From Alistipes sp. (GTDB lineage: Bacteria > Bacteroidota > Bacteroidia > Bacteroidales > Rikenellaceae): a DNA stretch of 64,000 bases. The notes under the pieces were generated by a model, which saw nothing but the letters and a program-made list of their open reading frames with translations, was not told the DNA's origin and ran no database searches. Below are positions 9,562 through 21,124 of this stretch, piece after piece; within the stretch, counting starts at the first letter, position 1, and the number at the start of each line of letters is the position of its first letter. The translations under genes and the position numbers were made by a program. The stretch lies in assembly GCA_017503575.1 (NCBI GenBank), contig JAFVSV010000067.1, forward strand, positions 355-64,354. The letters run 5' to 3'.

Positions 9562-11709
9562 ATGAGCAGACGACACAACATACAGCAACGCATAACCACA
9601 GCGCTATCGGCAGTGATAGTGCTCCTCTTCGTGGTGGCGATATTCACCAAGTGTGCCTCGACGATGACACCTACGGGAGGTCCCAAGGATACCATACCGC
9701 CAGTGATTGTCTACATGAACCCCGACAACTTCACGACCAATATCGACACGCTGCATCCGCCAAAGATATATGTCGAGTTCGACGAGTATGTGCAGATTAA
9801 GGATTTGCAGAAGGAGCTATACACCTCGCCTGCGATGAAGAAGCAGCCCAAGGTGGTACGCCGTGGCCGTGGCATCGAGATAACCATCGTCGACACGCTA
9901 CGCCCCGACATCACCTACGCCATCAACTTCGGTGCCGCCATACGCGACAACAACGAGGGCAACCCACTGAATGCCATGCGCTATGTCTTCTCTACGGGCG
10001 ACACCGTAGACTCGATGTACATGTCGGGATATACCGAAGACTCGTATAAGGCCGACTCGGTGAGTAAGTCGTTCATCTACTTCTACGCCAAGGACTCCAT
10101 AGAGCAACCCCGCGACTGGGACTCTACGATATTCAAGTACAAGCCACAGGTGATAGCGCGTGCCGAGAATAACGGTATCTTCATCGCGCAGAACCTCAAG
10201 CCCATAGAGTATCGCGTATACGCCTTTCAGGATACGAACAACAACATGGAGTACGAGCCATCGGTAGACAAGATAGGCTTCATCGACTCCACGTTCAACC
10301 CTATGTTCATGCCCGACTTCACCATCTGGTATGACTCGTTACGCCACTACCCCTCGGCAGAGCCACAGCTCTACTTCCGCATGTTCACCGACCGTCGCTT
10401 CGTGCGCCAGACGATGACAGCCCACGAGCGCACAGAGCGCCACAAGGCCACGCTATACTTCAGCGCCGAGCATCCACAGGTGCGTAGCATACACTTCGAC
10501 TCCATCCCCGACGACAAGGTTATCTACGACCCACAGACGCGTGGCCGCGATACCGTAGCACTATGGTTCAACCTCCCCGCCGAGCAGCTCCCCGACACCA
10601 TACGCGGCGAGATAACCTACTTCAAACACGACTCCATAGGTCGTCTTGTTCCCGTGACCGAGAAGCTACGCCTCGCATGGAAGTACGAGGAGACAAAGGA
10701 GGAGCGCAAGGCACGCGAGGAGCTCGAGAAGCAGCGCGAGAAGGCCCTCAAGAATGGCGAGGAGTGGGAAGAGCCCGAGAAGGAGAACCCCTTCAAGGTG
10801 CCCCTTGCCACATCAGGCGAGGTGAACAAAGATAAGCATATAGACCTCGAGTTTGCATACCCGCTAACAACATTCGACTCTACACGCATAACGATGCGCC
10901 GCATGGTCGAGAGCGACACCATAGGTGAGGCCGTACGCTTCCACTTCGTACACGACACGCTCAACTATCGCAAATACCAGCTGCGTGCCCAGTGGGAGGC
11001 GGGCTACAAGTATGAGCTTATGATACCCTCGGGTGTCTTTGGCGATGTGGCACAGCAGCAGAACGACACCATCAAGGCCACATATACTGCCTCAGACCCC
11101 GCGAAGTATGCTACGGTGAATGTCAAGGTGCGCACCACGAAGAGCCAAGCACGCTACATCTTGCAGCTCACCAACGCCCAAGGCAAGGCACAAAAGGAGA
11201 TATTCAACGCCACGGCAGGCGACTATAAGTTCGAGTATGTCTCACCAGGCGATGTCATGCTCCGCGTTGTCGAGGATATGAACGGCAATGGTCGATGGGA
11301 TAGTGGCGACATGGTAGCACGCCGACAGCCCGAGCGCTCGGAGATAAACAAGAACGAGGAGGGTGTTGAGACAATCACCACAAAGGAGAATTGGGAGTTC
11401 GACATCGACGTCGACATGGATAAACTCTTTGCACCTATCACCATGGAGAGCGTCGTCAAGATGCTCAACGACCGCGAGGATGAGCGCCTCAAGAAGGTTG
11501 CCAAGGAGCTCGAGGAGAAGCGTAAGAAGGAGCAGCAGCAGGGACACAACCACGGCGGTCAGGGCTCATCGGGCATGGGCTTCGGCGGCATAGGAGGCAT
11601 GGGAGGCCTCGGTGGTAGCACTGGCGGTGGCGGCCTACGCAGTGGCACAGGAAACATGGGCGGCATGGGCGGCGCCGGTGGCATGGGCGGTAACACGCTA
11701 CGACGATAG
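9562..11709 (+). CDS. Ig-like (Big_5-type) domain lipoprotein with a Gly/Met-rich tail
   Basis: CASTMTPTGGPKDTIPP and AIRDNNEGN...YVFSTG are typical of this Bacteroidetes family. Confidence 0.75.
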   Translation: MSRRHNIQQRITTALSAVIVLLFVVAIFTKCASTMTPTGGPKDTIPPVIVYMNPDNFTTNIDTLHPPKIYVEFDEYVQIKDLQKELYTSPAMKKQPKVVRRGRGIEITIVDTLRPDITYAINFGAAIRDNNEGNPLNAMRYVFSTGDTVDSMYMSGYTEDSYKADSVSKSFIYFYAKDSIEQPRDWDSTIFKYKPQVIARAENNGIFIAQNLKPIEYRVYAFQDTNNNMEYEPSVDKIGFIDSTFNPMFMPDFTIWYDSLRHYPSAEPQLYFRMFTDRRFVRQTMTAHERTERHKATLYFSAEHPQVRSIHFDSIPDDKVIYDPQTRGRDTVALWFNLPAEQLPDTIRGEITYFKHDSIGRLVPVTEKLRLAWKYEETKEERKAREELEKQREKALKNGEEWEEPEKENPFKVPLATSGEVNKDKHIDLEFAYPLTTFDSTRITMRRMVESDTIGEAVRFHFVHDTLNYRKYQLRAQWEAGYKYELMIPSGVFGDVAQQQNDTIKATYTASDPAKYATVNVKVRTTKSQARYILQLTNAQGKAQKEIFNATAGDYKFEYVSPGDVMLRVVEDMNGNGRWDSGDMVARRQPERSEINKNEEGVETITTKENWEFDIDVDMDKLFAPITMESVVKMLNDREDERLKKVAKELEEKRKKEQQQGHNHGGQGSSGMGFGGIGGMGGLGGSTGGGGLRSGTGNMGGMGGAGGMGGNTLRR

Positions 11710-11731
11710 TACATAACAAGCAATAGTTAAG

Positions 11732-12610
11732 ATGAAACAACTACGCAAATATATCATGGCACTCGTTGCCATCCTCGCTACGATGACGCTCACCGCGGAG
11801 CGTGCCTCGGCACAGCACACACTCTCGGTGAGTGGCGGTACGGGTGTATCCTTCGCCCGCTTCTACCCCGCCGAGGAGACCAAGCTACAGTGGGGCTCCG
11901 AGACCTTCGGCCTATCGTGGCGTTATTATAGCGAACGCCCCCGCTTTGTGGGTGCTGTGGGTATCGACCTCGACTACTTGGAGCGAGGCTTCAACCTCGG
12001 ATATACCTACACCTCGGAGTGGAAGGGCGAGGGCAACAACAAACACGAGATACGCCACTACCAGTACTACTCGCGTAAGATAAACTCGTTGATGCTACCC
12101 TTGGTGTGGCAACCACATGTCTACGCTGCCAAGAACCGCCTGCGCATCTTCATCGAGGCGGCCTTCGTGCTCTCGTACAACATATCGTCGCACTACAGCT
12201 ACGAGAACGACCGCTACCCTGCGGGCAAGTATGAGTGGAAGGTGCCCCGCGACAACCGTTTTGGCTACGGCTTGGCGGCAGGTGCAGGCTTCAACGTCCT
12301 CCTCGGACAGGTGGAGATAGGCTTCAGGGCGCGCTACAACTTCGGCTACTCCGACATCCTCAAGAACCGCAACAAGTACTACTCGAGTTCTACGGATGGC
12401 CGTGAAAACCCCTTCTACTACTCGCCACTACGCTCACCCTTGGATAATGTTAATGTCTCAATCACGGTGGGCTGGCGCTTCAACAAGCGTGGCTTCGACG
12501 AGTGGTTTGTGAAGCGCGAGAAGCGCGAGCGCAAGCTCAACGACTTCAACTATAGTGGTGCCGTGAACAACCCCTCGGGAGGTAGAGGCGGCGCAGGCCA
12601 GCGACGATAA
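11732..12610 (+). CDS. Outer-membrane beta-barrel protein (PorT/OMP_b-brl-like)
   Basis: Signal peptide (ASA-Q), alternating beta strands and ARYNFGYSDI. Confidence 0.7.
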   Translation: MKQLRKYIMALVAILATMTLTAERASAQHTLSVSGGTGVSFARFYPAEETKLQWGSETFGLSWRYYSERPRFVGAVGIDLDYLERGFNLGYTYTSEWKGEGNNKHEIRHYQYYSRKINSLMLPLVWQPHVYAAKNRLRIFIEAAFVLSYNISSHYSYENDRYPAGKYEWKVPRDNRFGYGLAAGAGFNVLLGQVEIGFRARYNFGYSDILKNRNKYYSSSTDGRENPFYYSPLRSPLDNVNVSITVGWRFNKRGFDEWFVKREKRERKLNDFNYSGAVNNPSGGRGGAGQRR

Positions 12611-12653
12611 CAACGACAACACAAGAGAAGAGATAACGTAAAAGGACGACAAT

Positions 12654-12992
12654 ATGGACTCAACAAGACAGCAGAAGATATCACGTCAGATACAGCGTGA
12701 CATTGCCGAGATACTCCAGAAGGAGCTCTCGGATACGCTTCGTGGCACCCTCGTTACGGTGACTACGGTGCGCGTATCACCCGACTTGGCATACGCCAAG
12801 CTATACATCAGCGTCTTCCCCTTCGAGCGTAGTGGCGCTACCCTTGACCTTATCAAGGAGAAGAGCTGGTATGTGCGCAAGCTCCTTGGCCAACGCATAC
12901 GCAACCAACTTAAGATTGTCCCCGAGTTGGAGTGGTTCATCGACGACTCGTTGGAGTATATCGAGAATATCGACAACCTCCTCAATAAGTAG
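12654..12992 (+). CDS. rbfA: Ribosome-binding factor A
   Basis: RQQKISRQIQRDIAEI, VRVSPDLAYAKLY and VPELEWFIDDS. Confidence 0.95.
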   Translation: MDSTRQQKISRQIQRDIAEILQKELSDTLRGTLVTVTTVRVSPDLAYAKLYISVFPFERSGATLDLIKEKSWYVRKLLGQRIRNQLKIVPELEWFIDDSLEYIENIDNLLNK

Positions 12993-13046
12993 GACAAAGA
13001 GGCGATAGGTAACGCCGCATGGGGTAACAACGTATTAGATGTGAGT

Positions 13047-14252
13047 ATGCTGTGGTTTAAGTTTGCACGCCGATACATGTTTTCGCCGAAGTCACACTCG
13101 GTGATAAACATCATCGCCATCGTCAGCGTCATCGCCGTAGCAGTACCTACGGCAGCCACAATCATCCTCCTCGCCATGTTTGGCGGTCTGGATGATACCA
13201 TACGCAGGATATACTCATCATCGGATGCCGACATGGAGGTCACCTCGCTCAGAGGTCAGACCTTCGATGCGTCGAGCGTCGACATATCGGCCATTGGCGA
13301 TATCGACGGCGTTGTGGCATACACCACCTACTTGGAGCAGAGTGTGATGATATCCTCTCGTAGCAACCGCATGGCAATCACGCTGCGCGGCGTTGACGAG
13401 CACTACTCGGACGTGCTCACCATCGACCGCCACATCGTCGCTGGCAGTAGCCAGAGCCTCGCCATGGGCGACATGGTCGTTGGTGGTACCATCGCCACGA
13501 CCATACGCACCTACGACATAGGTGCTCCCATAGAGCTATACGCCATGAATCGCAAGCAGCTGTCGACGATACTACCCACGAGTGGCGTCTCGCGACTTAA
13601 GACACGCCTTGGTGGTGTGGTGATGGCAAATGCCGAGCTGGATGCCGAGATAGCCCTCATAGGGCTTGGCCGCGCACAGGAGTTGCTCAACCAGGAGGGT
13701 CGCATAACACATATCGCCCTCGACATCGCCTCGGAGGAGGATGCTGAGCGTATACGCCGCGAGGTACGACACATCGTAGGCGACGAGTTCGAGGTACTCA
13801 CTCGCGAGGAGAAGAATGCCTCGATGAATGAGATTATGGAGCTTGAGAAGTTTGCCATAATCCTTATAGGGTGCTTCATAGCCCTTATCGCTGCCTTTGC
13901 GATAGTAGGCTCGGTTGTGATGCTCATCACCGAGAAGCGCCGCGACATAGCCACACTGCGCTCCATGGGCGCCGACAGTGGCCTCATACGCCGCATCTTC
14001 GTGGGCGAAGGGATGCTCCTCACAATGTGTGGCACTCTCATAGGGTTGCTCATAGGCGTTGGCTTCAGTCTCGTGCAGCAACACTATGGCATAATAAAGA
14101 TTGAGGGCAACATGGTTGTTGAGAGCTACCCCATAGCCATCAACATTAGCGATATAGTCATCGTAGCACTGATAATGACCATCACCGGATGGCTTATCTC
14201 GGAGCTTGCGGTGCGCACTACACTTAAACGATATAGCAACAGTAGCAAATGA
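13047..14252 (+). CDS. LolC/E-FtsX family ABC permease
   Basis: FARRYMFSPKSHSVINII, EKRRDIATLRSMGA and RIFVGEG. Alternative GTG start at 13041. Confidence 0.85.
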   Translation: MLWFKFARRYMFSPKSHSVINIIAIVSVIAVAVPTAATIILLAMFGGLDDTIRRIYSSSDADMEVTSLRGQTFDASSVDISAIGDIDGVVAYTTYLEQSVMISSRSNRMAITLRGVDEHYSDVLTIDRHIVAGSSQSLAMGDMVVGGTIATTIRTYDIGAPIELYAMNRKQLSTILPTSGVSRLKTRLGGVVMANAELDAEIALIGLGRAQELLNQEGRITHIALDIASEEDAERIRREVRHIVGDEFEVLTREEKNASMNEIMELEKFAIILIGCFIALIAAFAIVGSVVMLITEKRRDIATLRSMGADSGLIRRIFVGEGMLLTMCGTLIGLLIGVGFSLVQQHYGIIKIEGNMVVESYPIAINISDIVIVALIMTITGWLISELAVRTTLKRYSNSSK

Positions 14253-15262
14253 TACAGTTAAGAAACATAGTAACTCGCCTCTGCGTGGCACTCCTCGCCT
14301 GTGCCATTGTCGCGGGCTGTAAGCGTGGTAGGGAGATTCCCGAGGAGGACCTCGTAAACATCTTCCACGACGCCTTTATCGCCAATGCCTACCTTGCGAA
14401 GCAGGGTACGGTGAGTGCCGAAGACTCACTACTCATCTACGAGCCTATCCTCGCCAAGTATGGCTATACGGTAGCGGAGTTTCGCAGCACGTTGGAGGAG
14501 ATATCTATGCGTAAGAGTTCGCGCATTAGCAAGCTCCTCACCCAAGCCAGCGAGCGTCTTGAGGAGGAGGCCGCCATTGAGCGCAAGCGCATCATCGTCC
14601 TCGACACCATCGACAATGTCGCCAAGCGAACATATACGCGCACCATATACAGCGACTCGCTCATACATGCTACACGCCTCAAGGATACGACAAAGCTACG
14701 CGTCACCATTGGCGATATCATACCAGGTACCTACACCTTGACGTTCGACTACTACATCGACACGCTCGACGAGAACCGTAACTCGCGTATCGAGACCTAC
14801 CTACTTCAGCATGACACCCTTCAGGTCAAGCGCCACACGCAGATGCTATCGCGCTACCGTGAGGGTAGCTTCTCGCGCCGCTACGATGTTGACACAGTGA
14901 TGGACGCCCTCTACGTCAACTTCTTCTACCACCCCCGAAACGAGGAGTCCAAGACCCCAGATATCAAGATTACAAACCTTAAGGTTGTGCGTGTCCTGCC
15001 CCTTACAACATCGCTCGACAGCCTCTACTTGCAGCACTTCGACATGCGTCTATTCAACATACACAGCGTAATGTGGCATGTCGCCGACACACTACCAGCG
15101 CTACAACTACCAGCACTGCCTGTCGATACGCTGCACGAAAATAGAGTGCTATGGCACATGAACGACCCCTTGGAGTGGTACAGGGTGCGTCACGGCCTCG
15201 ACACCACATGGTACAAGGCACCCACAATACCAACTACTACCGAAAACGAAGATAAAGAGTAA
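14249..15262 (+). CDS. DUF4296-like lipoprotein
   Basis: Lipobox VAGC and IPEEDLVNIFHDAFIANAY...YEPILAKYGYT. Confidence 0.65.
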   Translation: MIQLRNIVTRLCVALLACAIVAGCKRGREIPEEDLVNIFHDAFIANAYLAKQGTVSAEDSLLIYEPILAKYGYTVAEFRSTLEEISMRKSSRISKLLTQASERLEEEAAIERKRIIVLDTIDNVAKRTYTRTIYSDSLIHATRLKDTTKLRVTIGDIIPGTYTLTFDYYIDTLDENRNSRIETYLLQHDTLQVKRHTQMLSRYREGSFSRRYDVDTVMDALYVNFFYHPRNEESKTPDIKITNLKVVRVLPLTTSLDSLYLQHFDMRLFNIHSVMWHVADTLPALQLPALPVDTLHENRVLWHMNDPLEWYRVRHGLDTTWYKAPTIPTTTENEDKE

Positions 15263-15267
15263 GAGAT

Positions 15268-16635
15268 ATGAAACGAAAGATTGTTGTTTTGGGCGGCGGC
15301 ATCTCGGGCTATGGCTCGGCGATACTCGCCAAGAAGAAGGGCTTTGATGTCTTCCTCACCGACATGGGTAAGATAGCTCCCAAGTTCCGCGAGCGTCTCG
15401 ACGAGTGGAGTGTCGAGTACGAGGAGGGAGAGCATAGCGAGGAGCGCATCTTGGATGCCAACGAGGTTATTAAGTCACCAGGCATCCCCGATACGGCACC
15501 TATCGTGCGTAAGATACGCGAGAGGGGCATCCCCGTAATCTCCGAGATAGAGTTCGCTGGCCGCTATAAGGGCGTTGCCAAGACCATCTGCATCACAGGC
15601 TCAAACGGCAAGACCACAACAACATCACTCATCTATAAGATTATGAAGGATGCAGGCCGTAAGGTATCGCTTGGCGGTAACATCGGTGAGAGCTTCGCCT
15701 ACTCGATTGCCACCGAGAAGTACTTCTGGCACGTCCTTGAGCTCAGCTCCTTCCAACTTGACGGCTGCTATAAGTTTAAGGCCGACGTCGGCGTGCTGAT
15801 GAACATCACTCCCGACCACCTCGACCGCTACGACTATAAGATGGAGAACTACGCCCGCTCGAAGATGCGCATCACGCAGAACCAGACGAGCGCCGACTGC
15901 TTCATCTACTCCGCTGACGACGACTGCACACAGCAGATGTTGCAATCTATGGACTCGGAGCTTCGTGCTCGCCAGTTGCCCTTTGCCATAAATACTGCCA
16001 TTGCGAGTGGTGATGGTGACGCCATCCTCGAGGGTCATAGCTTCACCGCCACGGTAGGTAAGCGTAGCGTTACTATCGACACACGCAAGATGCAAATCGA
16101 GGGCATGCACAACATATATAACGCCATGGCAGCAGCCTTGGCGACTCTTGCCGCAGGCATCGACCCTCGCTCTATAAAGCGCTCCATATACGATTTTGCA
16201 CCCGTTGAGCATCGCTTGGAGCCCGCAGGCAAGCGCGACGACATAGAGTGGATTAACGACTCGAAGGCTACCAACGTAGACTCTGTATGGTACGCTCTTG
16301 AGAGCATGAAGCGCCCCACGGTGTGGATTGCCGGTGGCACGGATAAGGGTAACGACTACACCCCCGTCAAGGAGTTTGCCCGCCGCAAGGTGAAGGCACT
16401 CATCTGCATGGGTGTCGACAACGCCAAGCTCATGCGCGAGTTCGACGGCATAGTGCCCATCATACGCAACTGCAATACCTTTGAGGATGCTATGCAGGCG
16501 GCACGCGACGTTGCCACGAGTGGCGATACGGTGCTGCTATCACCCGCCTGCGCGAGCTTCGACCTCTTCCGCAACTACGAGGAGCGTGGCCGCATGTTCA
16601 AGGCGTGGGTTGCCGATAACGTACTAAACAGGTAG
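15268..16635 (+). CDS. murD: UDP-MurNAc-L-Ala:D-Glu ligase
   Basis: KSPGIP, ITGSNGKTTT, ELSSFQL, PDHLDRY, NDSKATN and LLSPACASFD. Confidence 0.97.
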   Translation: MKRKIVVLGGGISGYGSAILAKKKGFDVFLTDMGKIAPKFRERLDEWSVEYEEGEHSEERILDANEVIKSPGIPDTAPIVRKIRERGIPVISEIEFAGRYKGVAKTICITGSNGKTTTTSLIYKIMKDAGRKVSLGGNIGESFAYSIATEKYFWHVLELSSFQLDGCYKFKADVGVLMNITPDHLDRYDYKMENYARSKMRITQNQTSADCFIYSADDDCTQQMLQSMDSELRARQLPFAINTAIASGDGDAILEGHSFTATVGKRSVTIDTRKMQIEGMHNIYNAMAAALATLAAGIDPRSIKRSIYDFAPVEHRLEPAGKRDDIEWINDSKATNVDSVWYALESMKRPTVWIAGGTDKGNDYTPVKEFARRKVKALICMGVDNAKLMREFDGIVPIIRNCNTFEDAMQAARDVATSGDTVLLSPACASFDLFRNYEERGRMFKAWVADNVLNR

Positions 16636-16641
16636 ACGACG

Positions 16642-17919
16642 ATGGCCAAGGCTCAAATAGATAGAGATGAGGAGATGATGGATGAGATGCCACAAAGACG
16701 TATCAGCGTCTTTGAAGGCGACAGGATGCTGTGGATAATATTCATGGTTCTGCTCGTCGTATCCATACTTGTTGTCTACTCCTCGACGGCAAAGATGGCA
16801 TACGACGTGTCGTCGACGATGACCACTGCCGACTCGCTACGCCAGCAGATAATGCTGGTAGTATTAGCAGTACCCCTACTATTTGTGGTGCATAAGATTG
16901 ATTACAAGTATTTTATGCGCTTCACGCCACTGCTCTACTACCTCTTCATACTGCTCACCATTGCCACCTACTTCATAGGTGCTACGACCAATGGCGCAGC
17001 ACGCTGGATAGCCCTTGGCCCTATACAGTTCCAGCCCTCCGAGGGTCTTAAGATAATGACAATCCTTATGCTTGCTAAGCGTATGGATGGCTTTAAGTCG
17101 AACATCAACAAGGTGAACCTACTGCCCACGTCGATACACCTCGGTAACGCAAAGCAGAAGCGCATTCTCAAGGAGAACACATGGCCACTGCTCGGCCCTG
17201 TGATTATCTCGTGCGGTGTCATCATGCCAGCACACACCTCCTCGGCAATACTCATCTTCATCACCTCCGTAATCATGCTCTTCATCGGTCGTGTGCGCAT
17301 CAAGGAGCTCCTTAAGTTCGTTGTAGTCATGGGCGCTGCGGGCATCATACTCCTCACACTATTCTCGGCCGTAGGCATGGGCCGTGGCGATACGGCAGGA
17401 GGTCGCTTCTCGGTATGGCTCGAGGAGTGGATGGGTGAAGGCACCGTGGAGTCGATGTACGAGTTGTCGGATACGCAGCGTGCAATGATTGCCATCCACG
17501 ATGGAGGTCTCCTTGGCGAGGGTGCTGGACAGAGTACCGCCCGAGCCGTTGTCATACACCCAGAAAGCGACTACGCCTACTCCTTCTTCATCTCGGAGTA
17601 TGGTCTAATCATCGCTCTCATTCTCATGTTCCTCTACCTATGGATATTCTTCCGCTCGATAGAGATATTTAGACGTTGCACGACAGTATTCCCAGGCCTT
17701 ATGACCTTGGGGTTGGGACTACTCATCACCTGCCAGGCGTTGCTACATATCCTCGTGCAGGTGAACATCATACCCGAGACGGGACAGACCCTGCCGCTCA
17801 TATCGCGTGGCGGCTCGTCGCTACTCTTCACGACGATAGCCCTCGGTCTGATACTCAGCGTCAGCCGTAAGAGCAATATGGAGAGGGAGACAACTATTAA
17901 AGATGACGACGATGAGTGA
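16642..17919 (+). CDS. ftsW: SEDS peptidoglycan polymerase FtsW
   Basis: NGAARWI, FQPSE, ESDY and TGQTLPLISRGGSS; directly after murD. Confidence 0.88.
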   Translation: MAKAQIDRDEEMMDEMPQRRISVFEGDRMLWIIFMVLLVVSILVVYSSTAKMAYDVSSTMTTADSLRQQIMLVVLAVPLLFVVHKIDYKYFMRFTPLLYYLFILLTIATYFIGATTNGAARWIALGPIQFQPSEGLKIMTILMLAKRMDGFKSNINKVNLLPTSIHLGNAKQKRILKENTWPLLGPVIISCGVIMPAHTSSAILIFITSVIMLFIGRVRIKELLKFVVVMGAAGIILLTLFSAVGMGRGDTAGGRFSVWLEEWMGEGTVESMYELSDTQRAMIAIHDGGLLGEGAGQSTARAVVIHPESDYAYSFFISEYGLIIALILMFLYLWIFFRSIEIFRRCTTVFPGLMTLGLGLLITCQALLHILVQVNIIPETGQTLPLISRGGSSLLFTTIALGLILSVSRKSNMERETTIKDDDDE

Positions 17920-18328
17920 TATACGACTTGATAAGTACCTATGGGCAGTGCGCATCTTCAAGACGCGTAGCGATGCTGCCGACGCCATACGCCAAAACCG
18001 CGTATTGGTTAACGACGCCTATGCCAAGCCCTCGCGCGAGGTGAAGGTGGGTGACAGAATATCCGTCCGCCGCGAGAGGATTACATATAGCTATAAGGTT
18101 CTCGACTTGGTGTCGAGCCGCCAGCCAGCAAAGAACGTACCTCTCTACTGCCTCAACTGCACGCCGCAGGAGGAGTTAGATAAGCTCAACGTTCCTCACG
18201 AGACCATCTTCGTCTTTCGTGACCGCGGCACAGGCCGCCCCACGAAGAAGGAGCGCCGCGATATAGATGCCCTTATGGATGGCTTCTACTTCGATGACGA
18301 CGCCTTCGATGACGATGATGAGGAATAG
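17912..18328 (+). CDS. hslR: S4-domain ribosome-associated heat shock protein Hsp15
   Basis: RLDKYLWAVRIFKTRS and GRPTKKERR. Confidence 0.92.
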   Translation: MSDIRLDKYLWAVRIFKTRSDAADAIRQNRVLVNDAYAKPSREVKVGDRISVRRERITYSYKVLDLVSSRQPAKNVPLYCLNCTPQEELDKLNVPHETIFVFRDRGTGRPTKKERRDIDALMDGFYFDDDAFDDDDEE

Positions 18329-18367
18329 ACGATAATTCAGAATAAAATACAATAAAAGCTTGAGATT

Positions 18368-21124
18368 ATGGAATACGATTTTAGAGCCATTGAGCCGAAA
18401 TGGCAGAAGAAGTGGCAGGAGGATGGCACCTACCGTGTAGATGTAGATGCCTCACGCCCCAAGTTCTACGTTCTCGACATGTTCCCCTACCCCTCGGGTG
18501 CGGGTCTTCATGTGGGACACCCCCTCGGATATATAGCCTCGGATATCTACTCGCGCTATAAGCGACAGATGGGTTTCAACGTGCTTCACCCTATGGGATA
18601 CGACGCCTTTGGCCTTCCCGCCGAGCAGTACGCCATACAGACAGGTCAGCACCCTGCCGTTACCACCGAGGAGAATATCAACCGCTACCGCTCACAGCTC
18701 GATAAGATTGGCTTCTCGTACGACTGGTCACGCGAGGTGCGCACCTGCGACGCCGAGTACTACCACTGGACACAGTGGGCATTCCTCGAGATGTTCGACC
18801 ACTGGTACAACAACAAGACAAACAAGGCGGAGCATATAGATAGACTCAAGGCACACTTCGCCGAGCATGGTACCGAGGGTATCGACGCTGCGCAGAGTGC
18901 CGAGCTAAAGTTTACGGCCGACGAGTGGCGTGCAATGAGCCATGAGCAGCAGGAGCAGACCTTGCAGAACTACCGTCTCGCCTTCCGTGCCGACACCATG
19001 GTTAACTGGTGTCCAGCCCTTGGCACCGTACTCGCCAACGACGAGGTTAAGGAGGGTTTGTCGGTTCGCGGTGGTCACCCTGTGGAGCAGAAGCAGATGA
19101 AGCAGTGGCTGTTGCGTGTCAATGCCTATGCACAGCGTATGCTCGATGGCTTGGATAGCTTGGAGTGGAGCGAGTCATTGAAGGAGATTCAGCGTAACTG
19201 GATAGGCCGTTCGGTTGGTGCGCAGGTATTCTTCGACATCGCTGGCTCGGAGCGCAAGCTCGAAATCTTCACCACTCGCCCCGATACTATCTATGGTGTG
19301 ACGTTCATGGTCATTGCCCCCGAGCACCAGTGGGTAGAGGAGCTTACAACGGAGGACAACCGCGAGGCTGTCGAGGCATATATCGCCGAGACGAAGCGCC
19401 GCTCGGAGCGCGAGCGTATCGCCGACACGAAGCGCGTTAGCGGTGTTAAGACCGGCTCTTATGCTATCAACCCATTCACTGGTCGTCAGATACCTATATA
19501 TATATCAGACTACGTCCTTGCGAGCTATGGTACGGGTGCCATCATGGCAGTTCCTGCACACGACTCACGCGACTACGCCTTTGCTCGCCACTTCGGCCTC
19601 GAGATTATCCCCGTTGTCGAGGGTGGCAACCTTGAGGTTGAGTCGTACGACGCCAAGGAGGGCAAGGTCATCAACTCGGAGATTATCAACGGCATGGACG
19701 TGAAGGATGCCATACACTTCATGTTCGAGGAGGTTGAGCGCCGTGGCCTCGGCAAGAAGCTCATCAACTACCGTCTGCGTGATGCTATCTTCTCGCGCCA
19801 GAGATATTGGGGTGAGCCATTCCCTATATACTATAAGGATAACGTAGCCTACCGTCTCAAGGATGAGCAGCTGCCATTGACCCTGCCCCCTATCGAGAAC
19901 TTCGGCCCTACCGAGGAGGGTGAGCCACCATTGGCACGCGTCGAGGGCTGGCACACTGCCGAGGGTTACCCCTACGAGCTATCGACGATGCCCGGCTTCG
20001 CAGGCTCTTCGGCATACTACCTACGCTACATGGATCCACGCAACAACAAGGGTCTTGTGAGCAAGGAGGCTAACGACTACTGGCGCAATGTAGACCTATA
20101 TGTTGGTGGTATTGAGCACGCTACGGGGCACTTGATGTACTCGCGCTTCTGGAATATGTTCCTCTACGACTTGGGCTATGTATGCGAGCAGGAGCCCTTC
20201 AAGAAGCTCGTCAACCAGGGTATGATTCAGGGGCGCTCAAACTTCGTATATCGTGTTGTAGGCACCAACTCGTTTGTGTCGCTTGGCCTCAAGGATAACT
20301 ACCAGACGCAGGAGATTCACGTCGACGTGAATATCGTTAAGAACGACATCCTCGACCTCGATGCCTTCCGCAAGTGGCGCCCCGAGTTCAACGATGCGGA
20401 GTTCATCTTGGAGGATGGTAAGTATGTATGTGGCTGGGCTATCGAGAAGATGTCTAAATCGATGTTCAACGTCGTTAACCCCGACTATATCGTCGATGCC
20501 TATGGTGCCGACACGTTGCGTATGTACGAGATGTTCCTCGGCCCACTGGAGCAGTCGAAGCCATGGGATACCAACGGTATTGATGGTGTTCATAAGTTCT
20601 TGCGCCGCTTCTGGGGTAAGTTCTACTCGCGCGACGGCAAGCTCCTCGTAAACGACGAGAAGGCTACGCCTGCGGAGCTTAAGGTGCTACATAAGACCAT
20701 CAAGAAGGTGCGCGAGGATATCGAGAACTTCTCATTCAACACCTCAGTTGCTGCATTCATGATATGCCTTAACGAGCTTGGTGACTGCTCGAAGCGCGAG
20801 ATACTGGAGCCTCTAACGGCCCTAATCGCCCCCTTCGCACCACATATCGCCGAGGAGCTATGGCACGCCTTGGGTCACGAAACTACGGTATGCGACGCCA
20901 AGTACCCCGAGTTTAAGCCCGAGTACCTTGTGGAGAGCTCATTCGAGTACCCTGTGATGATTAACGGCAAGCTACGCTTCAAGCAGGAGTACGCCTTGGA
21001 TATGTCGCAGGATGCTATCATCGCCGATATCGTAACTACGGATGGCGCACAGAAGTGGCTTGAGGGTAAGCAGCCCAAGAAGATTATTGTCGTCAAGGGC
21101 AAGATTATCAATATCGTGATGTAA
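18368..21124 (+). CDS. leuS: Leucine--tRNA ligase
   Basis: [21 protein letters not shown] and KMSKS. Confidence 0.98.
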   Translation: MEYDFRAIEPKWQKKWQEDGTYRVDVDASRPKFYVLDMFPYPSGAGLHVGHPLGYIASDIYSRYKRQMGFNVLHPMGYDAFGLPAEQYAIQTGQHPAVTTEENINRYRSQLDKIGFSYDWSREVRTCDAEYYHWTQWAFLEMFDHWYNNKTNKAEHIDRLKAHFAEHGTEGIDAAQSAELKFTADEWRAMSHEQQEQTLQNYRLAFRADTMVNWCPALGTVLANDEVKEGLSVRGGHPVEQKQMKQWLLRVNAYAQRMLDGLDSLEWSESLKEIQRNWIGRSVGAQVFFDIAGSERKLEIFTTRPDTIYGVTFMVIAPEHQWVEELTTEDNREAVEAYIAETKRRSERERIADTKRVSGVKTGSYAINPFTGRQIPIYISDYVLASYGTGAIMAVPAHDSRDYAFARHFGLEIIPVVEGGNLEVESYDAKEGKVINSEIINGMDVKDAIHFMFEEVERRGLGKKLINYRLRDAIFSRQRYWGEPFPIYYKDNVAYRLKDEQLPLTLPPIENFGPTEEGEPPLARVEGWHTAEGYPYELSTMPGFAGSSAYYLRYMDPRNNKGLVSKEANDYWRNVDLYVGGIEHATGHLMYSRFWNMFLYDLGYVCEQEPFKKLVNQGMIQGRSNFVYRVVGTNSFVSLGLKDNYQTQEIHVDVNIVKNDILDLDAFRKWRPEFNDAEFILEDGKYVCGWAIEKMSKSMFNVVNPDYIVDAYGADTLRMYEMFLGPLEQSKPWDTNGIDGVHKFLRRFWGKFYSRDGKLLVNDEKATPAELKVLHKTIKKVREDIENFSFNTSVAAFMICLNELGDCSKREILEPLTALIAPFAPHIAEELWHALGHETTVCDAKYPEFKPEYLVESSFEYPVMINGKLRFKQEYALDMSQDAIIADIVTTDGAQKWLEGKQPKKIIVVKGKIINIVM

